Virus record (IMG/VR): IMGVR_UViG_3300020202_000001
Location: 1-64,000 of that record
Length of the DNA: 64,000 bases
Strand: one strand, 5' to 3'
Shown: positions 56,964 through 64,000 of the stretch, piece by piece
Numbering within the stretch: position 1 is the first letter of the stretch
Layout of the letters: every line of letters begins with the position of its first letter
Position numbers and translations under genes: made by a program
The notes under the pieces: model-generated
What the model saw: the letters and a program-made list of their open reading frames with translations, nothing else
What the model was told of the DNA's origin: nothing
Databases searched by the model: none

Positions 56964-59858
56964 ATGCCCACGTACGTCATCCCCCAGGTCGAAGTCTTTC
57001 AGGATCTCCAGACCGCCCCCGCCGTCGTGGCGAACGCCCTGCGAGCCCACATCAGCGGGCCGCACGCGTACCTGCTCCGGTACGCCGACGAGGAGGAGCG
57101 GCCGCTCGGCCAGCTCGACTACTACGACAACCTGAACGACGTCGCCGTCGACTGGCCCCACCGCCCGGCCGGCGGCCAGGTCGACGAGCCCAGCGTGCGC
57201 CTGTTCGTCGAGGACGCGCTCCTGCGGTACTTCCAGGGCGCGGCCGGCAGCACGAGCGGCGGCGTCAAGGTCGCGGGCCACACGAACCGCGTCCGCGCGA
57301 CCGGCACGAACTTCGTCACCAACGGCAGCTTCACCCGCGACGCCGACCTGTTCGACCGCGACGTCCAGGTGGGCGACGTGGTCAAGCTGCGGTTCAGCAA
57401 CGGCGGCGACCCGATCACCGTCTGGTCGTACGTTAAGGGCGTGATCGGTGACGCGGTCGCGGCCGTCGTCGCCGCCGCCACCCGCGACGCCAGCAACGCG
57501 GCCACCGCCACGGCCCTCGCCACGCACAGCCAGGTCCGCGGGCCGTTCAACGCGGTCCAGATCACCGGTGCCAGCGCGGCCAGCTACAACCCGTACAAGA
57601 CGGGCAAGGTCACCGAGACGTACACGATCGTCGTGACCTCCAGCTCGGTCGGCGGCGACCACACGACCGCCACGCTCCGCGTCATCTCGGCCTCCGGGCT
57701 CGACGACGTCGCGGTCGTGACCCCGTCCGCGCAGGGCGTGGCCACCCCGATCGGGACGCTCGGCGCGACCGTGACCTTCAACGGCAACGGCAACGCCGAC
57801 GCCTCGCAGTCCGCCGAGGACCAAGGCATCCCGACCGACGACCTCCTGGTCGGCCAGAAGTTCCAGCTCGTCGCCCGCGCGGCGTTCACGCAGACCGCGG
57901 CCCCGACCAGCGGCGGCACCTACACGGACGAGAACGACACGACCTACATCGTCGAGGTCGTGAAGGGCTCGAAGTTCGCGGACGGCGTCCCGCAGATCAA
58001 GGTCACGACCACGACCGGGATCGACATCAGCGGCCCGACCAACGTGCCGGCCGCCGGGCAGGCGATCCCGATCGGCAGCCACGGCGTCACCGTCACCTTC
58101 GCCGGCCTCGGCCTCGCGAAGGGCGACCGGTTCTACGTCGACGTGACCGCCGAGGGCGTCGGCCCGATGCGGACGCTCGTGCTCGGCAACTCGATCCCGA
58201 GCGACGTCGCCGACAACGACACCGCGGACCTGACGCTGTACATCCGCCAGCCCCTGCTGGAGGTCAGCCGCAACCGCACCGACTCGGCCCCGCTCGTCAA
58301 CTTCGAGACGAGCGACGTCGAGATCACGATCAAGAGCGGGATCACCGCGTACGACCCGACGTGGACGGACGGCGGCGAGCCGCTCGCGCTGGAGCTGGAG
58401 AGCGAGAGCAGCCAGGGCTACGGCCGGCTGTACGTCGAGTACCGTGCGTGGGTGCAGGAGCTGTGTAACGAGGTCGGCACGATCTCGGACGTCGGCGAGC
58501 TGAACGACCGGATCTCCGGCCCGCTCGACCCGGCGAACCCGCTGAAGTGGGGCATCTTCAAGGCCCTGAGCAACAGCAACGGCGTGCCGGTCAAGTACAC
58601 GTCGGTCTGCAACCCGGACGACGTCGACAGCTGGACGAACGTGCTGGAGCTGCTGCTCGGCCGCGACGACGTGTACGGCCTCGTGCCGCTCACGCGGAAC
58701 GCGACGGTGCTCAGCCTGTACGCCGCCCACGTCGACGGCCAATCGAGCCCCGAGCAGGGCCTGTGGCGCGTCCTGTGGGTCAACCTGCAGGGCCTGGCGG
58801 AGATCCCGGTGGTCTCGGCCGGCACCACGGTCCCGGGCCACACGCAGGCGACCACGGCGGACGGCGGCGTCTGCCTGGCGAAGATCGTCGACAACCCGAA
58901 CGACGCGGGCACGCAGTACACGCTGCTGTCGGTGCCGGCCGGGAACGGCGACTTCATCAAGAACGGCGTCCGCGCCGGCGACATCGTCCGCGCGCTGTAC
59001 ACCAGCGACGGGTTCGGGAACTCGACGTACCAGGAGTTCGTCGTCGACCTCGTGCAGACCGAGGAGTCGCTCCGGCTGCTGGCCGGGCCGGCTGCCCCGA
59101 TCAACGCCCCGGCGAAGATCGAGATCTGGCGGAACCTGACCCCGACCGCCGAGGCGACCGCCATCGGCAAGGTGGCCGGGGCGTACGCCAGCCGCCGGGT
59201 CCGCGCCGTCTGGCCGGACACGATCGAGACGGCCGGGACGATCCAGGAAGGGTACCACCTGTGCGCGGCCCTCGCCGGCCTCCGCTCGGGCGTGTTCCCG
59301 CACCAGGGCCTCACGAACGTCGCGGTCGAGGGCTTCGACAACGTCGCCCGCACGACCAAGAAGTTCAACAAGCCGCAGCTCGACATCATGGCGGGCAGCG
59401 GCGTGTGGATCGTGACGCAGGCCCCGACCGGCGAGATCTTCACCCGGCACGCGGTCACGACCGGACCGTACGAGGACATCAACCAGCGCGAGGAGATGCT
59501 GACGTCGAACATCGACAGCATCTCGTACCGGTTCAAGGACACGTTCGCCCCCTTCATCGGGATCGCGAACGTGACCCCGAGCCTGATCTCCCTGCTCCGG
59601 CTGGAGATCATCTCGCTGATCGAGGTGCTGAAGACCGAGAAGTTCACGACGATGCTCGGCGGTCAGATCATCAACGCGACGATCATCGACCTGCGGCAGC
59701 ACCTGACGATCAAGGACCGGATCGTGCTGATCCTGAACCTCGAACTGCCGTACCCGTTCAACAACTTCGAGGTGCACCTGGTCGTGCCGTCCGCGTCGGC
59801 CGCCCAGATCGCCCTCGCCGCCCAGCCGGGCGCGACGACGCCGACCACCACCGGGTGA
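56964..59858 (+). CDS. contractile tail sheath protein
   Basis: N-terminal YVIPQVEVFQ, 964 aa, sheath-like C-terminus (CAALAGL..PHQGLTN, RHAVTT, IVLILNLELPYPFNNFEV). Confidence 0.8.
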   Translation: MPTYVIPQVEVFQDLQTAPAVVANALRAHISGPHAYLLRYADEEERPLGQLDYYDNLNDVAVDWPHRPAGGQVDEPSVRLFVEDALLRYFQGAAGSTSGGVKVAGHTNRVRATGTNFVTNGSFTRDADLFDRDVQVGDVVKLRFSNGGDPITVWSYVKGVIGDAVAAVVAAATRDASNAATATALATHSQVRGPFNAVQITGASAASYNPYKTGKVTETYTIVVTSSSVGGDHTTATLRVISASGLDDVAVVTPSAQGVATPIGTLGATVTFNGNGNADASQSAEDQGIPTDDLLVGQKFQLVARAAFTQTAAPTSGGTYTDENDTTYIVEVVKGSKFADGVPQIKVTTTTGIDISGPTNVPAAGQAIPIGSHGVTVTFAGLGLAKGDRFYVDVTAEGVGPMRTLVLGNSIPSDVADNDTADLTLYIRQPLLEVSRNRTDSAPLVNFETSDVEITIKSGITAYDPTWTDGGEPLALELESESSQGYGRLYVEYRAWVQELCNEVGTISDVGELNDRISGPLDPANPLKWGIFKALSNSNGVPVKYTSVCNPDDVDSWTNVLELLLGRDDVYGLVPLTRNATVLSLYAAHVDGQSSPEQGLWRVLWVNLQGLAEIPVVSAGTTVPGHTQATTADGGVCLAKIVDNPNDAGTQYTLLSVPAGNGDFIKNGVRAGDIVRALYTSDGFGNSTYQEFVVDLVQTEESLRLLAGPAAPINAPAKIEIWRNLTPTAEATAIGKVAGAYASRRVRAVWPDTIETAGTIQEGYHLCAALAGLRSGVFPHQGLTNVAVEGFDNVARTTKKFNKPQLDIMAGSGVWIVTQAPTGEIFTRHAVTTGPYEDINQREEMLTSNIDSISYRFKDTFAPFIGIANVTPSLISLLRLEIISLIEVLKTEKFTTMLGGQIINATIIDLRQHLTIKDRIVLILNLELPYPFNNFEVHLVVPSASAAQIALAAQPGATTPTTTG

Positions 59859-59969
59859 TCGGTCGAGTGAGTGAGGCCTTTCCCCCGGGGGCAACGTCGC
59901 CCCCGGGGGTCTTGCAAGGAAGCAAGGAAGCTGCCCCCGGCCCGGGGGCTCGGTTAAGGAGAACCGACC

Positions 59970-60431
59970 ATGCCCGATCTTTTCCAGCGCGTCGCATCCA
60001 ACCTGGGTGGCGTGTTCACGGCCGACAAGGCGAAGCTGAACATGGGGGCGGACATGTCCGTCCTCATCCAGCAGATGAACGCGTCCTACCAGCAGAACAT
60101 CACTCGGCTCTACGAGGTCGGCGGCGACCGGAGCTACTACATCGGCGGCCGTACGCAGGGGCAGCTCCAGCTGAACCGCGTCGTGGGGCCGACCGCCACG
60201 ATCAAGGCGTTCTACAAGAAGTTCGGGGACGTCTGCCAGGCCCGCAACAACAACATCGAGCTGGAGCTGACCGAGACGGACTGCTCCGGTGCCGGCGGCG
60301 TCGGCGGCGGCTCGATCAAGTACCTCTGCAAGTTCTGCGTGCTGCAGCAGGTGACGATCGGCGTCCAGGCGCAGGACATGGTCATCAACGAGTCCAGCTC
60401 GATGATCTTCATGTCGATGGAAGTGACCTGA
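59970..60431 (+). CDS. tail tube protein
   Basis: Follows the sheath; 153 aa; QNITRLYEVG motif. Confidence 0.7.
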   Translation: MPDLFQRVASNLGGVFTADKAKLNMGADMSVLIQQMNASYQQNITRLYEVGGDRSYYIGGRTQGQLQLNRVVGPTATIKAFYKKFGDVCQARNNNIELELTETDCSGAGGVGGGSIKYLCKFCVLQQVTIGVQAQDMVINESSSMIFMSMEVT

Positions 60432-60546
60432 TCCCGGCCGTCCCGACGACGGCGGGAGAGACTCTACCGGGGCGGCCCCTTCCCACCACGGGCGGGGGCC
60501 GCCCCCAGGGCCTTTGAGCCCGAACATCGCACCTTCAAGGTGAGCA

Positions 60547-63252
60547 ATGCCCCCAGACGCCACGAACGGCACCGGGGCTGGACAGACGCGGCGGGACCGA
60601 CGTACCGAAGACCTGGTCACCGACGCGCACAGCCACGGGGTCCTGAACAAGTCGCTCCGCCAGCTCACGGCCGACCCCCACCGCGGGGCCGGGCAGGAGC
60701 AGTCGGGGCACCAAGCCCGCCCGACCACGCACACCGGCGTGGTCGTCTACTCCGTCCCGTACTGCAACTGGTACCGCGTCCAGCTCGACGGCCTCGGCGG
60801 CACGATCGCGTGCACGGCCGGCGGCGAGTCCGCGTACGTCCCGGTCGGCCCCCGGGCCACCGGCGTGATCCCGCCCTACAGCCAGGTCGTCGTCCAGCTG
60901 ATCCCCGGCCGCAAGCACGGCGTCATCCTCGCCGCCTACCCGCTCACGCAGCACGACGGCACGATGGCCTGCCCCGACTGGATCAGCCAGGGCGGCCAGA
61001 GCGGGCTGCTGCGAGAGGACGCGTACAAGCAGCCGTTCCAGCTCTACCGCGAGGGCGGGATCGACGCGTTCGGGTCCAACCGCCCGGTCGACTCGACCAC
61101 GATGGACTGGGGCCGGATCACCGAGACCGGCGTCGGCATCCACGTCGACGCGTACATGACGTTCCTGCGGGTCAGCGAGATCTGCGGGATCTTCGCCAAC
61201 TACTGGGACGACCACCTGCGGGTCGCCGGCTGGAACATGGACCTGCAGACGGCGGCCCACGAGGTCGTCGTCCGGTCCGACGAGGGCGAGCTGCGGTACG
61301 TCGAGCGGCACAGTACCTACCCGCACGAGGCGCTCGGCCAGTACAAGGACGGGACCGACTACACGACCGAGAACGGCGACGCCGACGTCCAGTTCGAGAA
61401 GCCCGTGGGCAAGCTCGACCTGAAGGACGGCGAGCACGACGTGCAGAGCGTGGCCCGCTACGAGGAGTACGGCGGGTACCTCGGGCAGGGCCGCAAGCGG
61501 GTCGTGAACATCCCGGCCAAGGAGAGCGGCAAGCGGCTGTACAAGGACGACCCGACCTCCGAGCCCGACATGGGCGTGTGGGAGGAGAACGTCGGCCTCG
61601 ACGGCACCTACTCGATGCGGTCGGCCCGCGCGTACTTCAACGTCAAGTACCCGGTGATCCCGGTCGCCAAGGAGATGCGGCTCCCCGAGGACCAGCAGAC
61701 CGGCGACGACGCCCGCAAGGGGAACTACAAGTTCAGCGGCAAGCACGGCGGCGGCGACCCGCACAAGATCAAGGACGTGAAGATCGAGGGCGAGCAGAAG
61801 CACCTGCTGACCGTCGCCGGCGTCATGGACCTGATCGCCCACGCCTTCAACTGGCAGGGGCTCCACCCGTTCCACTACCACAAGGAGGACTACAAGGTCC
61901 CGCAGGAGAAGGACGTCCAGAACAAGGCGGGAGCCCCCGACAAGGCCCAGGACTTCCTGAACTTCGGCTCGCTCGCGAACCAGATGTACATGGACTACCC
62001 GACGCCGCGGACCGTGAAGGTCGACGAGCGGTACGGGGACGTCAAATACTTCGCCCGCGTCGCCTACCACGCGATGCTGCCGGACGGCGGCCAGGTGTGG
62101 GGCGACGGGTACGGGGCCGAGATCACGATGACCGGCGGCCGCATCCGCCTGTCCGCCCCGGGCGGCATCGACGTCACGCCGGGCACGGACTTCAACGTCC
62201 TCGCCGGCCGCGACATCAACCTCCGCGCCCTCGAATCGTTCGACGCCTCGGCCGGCAAGAAGGACCTCCGGCTCAAGGGCCAGATGAACGTCCAGATCGT
62301 CAGCAACAAGGCCGGCATCCTGCTGGAGAGCAAGGCCCCGACGTTCCTGGCCGAGTTCCGCGACAAGGTCGGCGAGGAGGTCGTCAGCGGCGGGATCGTC
62401 CTGAAGGCGAAGGACTCGGCCGTCGTCGCGTACGGCGGCGACGTGTACCTCCGCACGGGCGGGTCCAACCTGCGGGCCGGGCAGATCGTGCTCGACGCCA
62501 GCAAGGGCCGCGACACGGTGGCGATCAAGGGCACCACGGTCAACCACTACGCCCGGTCGAGCGTGAACCACTTCGTCGGCCCCGAGGGCGACAGCAGCAC
62601 GGTGCGGGCCGCCTACTCGTTCAGCGAGAGCGGGGCCATCATCGACAAGCAGGTGTCGATCGGCGGGCAGCTCGGCGTGCTCGGCGGGGCCGTGTTCGAC
62701 GGCGGCATCGTCAACCGCGACGGGTACGGGTCGGTCAACAACAACCCGTTCGTCGGCGACATCCCGGGCAGCGTGATCTCCGAGGCCGCCGGCGCGATCC
62801 GCCAGGCGATCGAGGGGCTGAAGAAGGCCGGCAAGGAGTCCCACAAGGCGATGTTCCCGGACTGGCTCTACAAGGAGAAGCAGCCCGGGAACGACGACAC
62901 GATCAAGGACCTGGAGTTCTCGTTCCGCGACAAGGAGGGCGGCCAGCAGTACCACGCGACCCAGTTCAAGTTCACCGAGAGCCGCTGGCAGATGATGGCC
63001 CGGCTCGGCGGCGGGTCCGGCGGCAAGGAGTGGGACGAGCCCAAGGTGACGTACCAGGGCCGCGAGCAGCTCCCGTACCCCGGCAAGCAGAAGTGGGAGG
63101 ACGAGCCGACCCTCCTGCAGCTCGACTCGTGGACGATGTTCGACGCGGCCAAGGGGCACGCGAAGGACCGCCCCGGGCCGTACGAGGACCCGAAGCTCGG
63201 CACCCTGACCCCCGTTCCGCCGAAGACCGGCTTCAAGGTCATCGGCGGCTGA
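60547..63252 (+). CDS. baseplate hub/spike-like (gp5/VgrG-like) protein
   Basis: N-terminal OB-like segment, C-terminal beta-strand repeats, tail module position. Confidence 0.45.
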   Translation: MPPDATNGTGAGQTRRDRRTEDLVTDAHSHGVLNKSLRQLTADPHRGAGQEQSGHQARPTTHTGVVVYSVPYCNWYRVQLDGLGGTIACTAGGESAYVPVGPRATGVIPPYSQVVVQLIPGRKHGVILAAYPLTQHDGTMACPDWISQGGQSGLLREDAYKQPFQLYREGGIDAFGSNRPVDSTTMDWGRITETGVGIHVDAYMTFLRVSEICGIFANYWDDHLRVAGWNMDLQTAAHEVVVRSDEGELRYVERHSTYPHEALGQYKDGTDYTTENGDADVQFEKPVGKLDLKDGEHDVQSVARYEEYGGYLGQGRKRVVNIPAKESGKRLYKDDPTSEPDMGVWEENVGLDGTYSMRSARAYFNVKYPVIPVAKEMRLPEDQQTGDDARKGNYKFSGKHGGGDPHKIKDVKIEGEQKHLLTVAGVMDLIAHAFNWQGLHPFHYHKEDYKVPQEKDVQNKAGAPDKAQDFLNFGSLANQMYMDYPTPRTVKVDERYGDVKYFARVAYHAMLPDGGQVWGDGYGAEITMTGGRIRLSAPGGIDVTPGTDFNVLAGRDINLRALESFDASAGKKDLRLKGQMNVQIVSNKAGILLESKAPTFLAEFRDKVGEEVVSGGIVLKAKDSAVVAYGGDVYLRTGGSNLRAGQIVLDASKGRDTVAIKGTTVNHYARSSVNHFVGPEGDSSTVRAAYSFSESGAIIDKQVSIGGQLGVLGGAVFDGGIVNRDGYGSVNNNPFVGDIPGSVISEAAGAIRQAIEGLKKAGKESHKAMFPDWLYKEKQPGNDDTIKDLEFSFRDKEGGQQYHATQFKFTESRWQMMARLGGGSGGKEWDEPKVTYQGREQLPYPGKQKWEDEPTLLQLDSWTMFDAAKGHAKDRPGPYEDPKLGTLTPVPPKTGFKVIGG

Positions 63253-63273
63253 TCCAAAAACCGGTTTTGAGAA
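63251..63273. repeat. dispersed palindromic motif copy 12
   Basis: GATCCAAAAACCGGTTTTGAGAA. Confidence 0.9.
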
Positions 63274-63289
63274 GCAAGAGGAGACCCCC

Positions 63290-64000
63290 GTGGCAAAGAG
63301 CGTCCAACTGTCCCCCGGCCCGCGTCCCGGCGTCGCCCCCGTCGCCGCCCCGCCGCCCGTGTCCCAGCCCGTCAACCAGGGCGTGAAGCTGACCGGCCTC
63401 CCGCTGCCGACCGGCCGCGTGTTCGAGGCCCCGGCCGGCATGACGGAGCTGGAGCGAAACCAGCTGAAGCAGGTGGGCTGGGACGGCGGCAAGATCACGC
63501 CGGAGATGCAGGCGGCCGTGCAGGCGATGAACGCCGACGCCCGCGTCCGCCCGCCCGTGCCGATCGACCCGGCGACGCCGGCCGTCGACTTCCAGACCAA
63601 GGACATCAGCGAGCTGCCCCCGGAGGAGCAGCACCGGGCTCGCGCCCAGATCGCCGAGGCCCTGCAGTCCCAGCCGGCCACCGCCCACGTCGGCCAGCAG
63701 CCCCGGCTCCGCACCGGCGAGGTCCAGGCCGTGCAGCCCGGGCCGGCGCTGAACCCGCACGCCCAGAAGGTCGAGGAGGCGAAGATGATCCCGGTGGCGT
63801 ACGGGGAGCCGGCCCGCCCGGCCACCCGCCCGATCCCCGGGGCACCGACCGCCAAGGCCGTGAACCCCAAGGCCGCCAAGCCCGCCGCCCCGCAGTACCC
63901 GGTGGACCCGGCGGAGGCCGCCCGCTCGATCCGCACCGAGGACCCGATCGCCCCGATGGAGAACTGCCCGCACTGCGGGTGGGAGCTGGCCCGGCCGGAC
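63290..64000 (+). CDS. 3'-truncated Pro-rich tail/baseplate-region protein
   Basis: GTG after GAGGAG; open to the window end; CPHC near the end. Confidence 0.55.
   Translation, partial: MAKSVQLSPGPRPGVAPVAAPPPVSQPVNQGVKLTGLPLPTGRVFEAPAGMTELERNQLKQVGWDGGKITPEMQAAVQAMNADARVRPPVPIDPATPAVDFQTKDISELPPEEQHRARAQIAEALQSQPATAHVGQQPRLRTGEVQAVQPGPALNPHAQKVEEAKMIPVAYGEPARPATRPIPGAPTAKAVNPKAAKPAAPQYPVDPAEAARSIRTEDPIAPMENCPHCGWELARPD

Noticed and set aside
4060-63273. Palindrome interpreted as CRISPR repeats, IS ends or terminators
   Set aside because: Copies are kb apart with no spacer array, there is no transposase or target duplication, several are intragenic, and the AT-rich arms lack the GC stem of a terminator.
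1-64000. tRNA/rRNA genes, integrase/att sites
   Set aside because: No convincing cloverleaf, rRNA or recombinase motifs noticed by eye; tRNAscan-SE/ARAGORN would be needed to exclude them.

Overview
High-GC (~70%), almost entirely + strand segment of a large contractile-tailed (jumbo-like myovirus) phage genome. The host is probably a Planctomycete, inferred from the Planctomycete-type CsrA, Tat/lipoprotein signals and a beta-helix protein. Recognisable modules: accessory genes (3 glycosyltransferase-like, LuxR HTH, 2H phosphoesterase, tandem CsrA, InPase-HAD, Clp-N repeat protein); class Id-like ribonucleotide reductase (ATP-cone-NrdB + NrdA); a multisubunit-type RNA polymerase split in a non-cellular way (beta fused to the N-half of beta', beta' C-half separate); head genes (prohead protease, scaffold, major capsid, many K-x-A-rich internal proteins); neck/tail genes (sheath, tube, baseplate spike-like). 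Two non-gene layers stand out. (1) An apparent phage Csr/Rsm post-transcriptional circuit: a single-chain double-domain CsrA, >30 ANGGAN-hexaloop hairpins over or near ribosome-binding sites (including csrA's own), and a promoter-to-terminator GGA-rich CsrB-like sRNA candidate. (2) A ~22-bp AT-rich pseudo-palindrome (consensus ATCCAAAAACCGGTTTTGAGA) present 12 times at ~2-9 kb spacing, including inside genes where it coincides with rare codons. All calls come from reading motifs by eye; no database searches were run.
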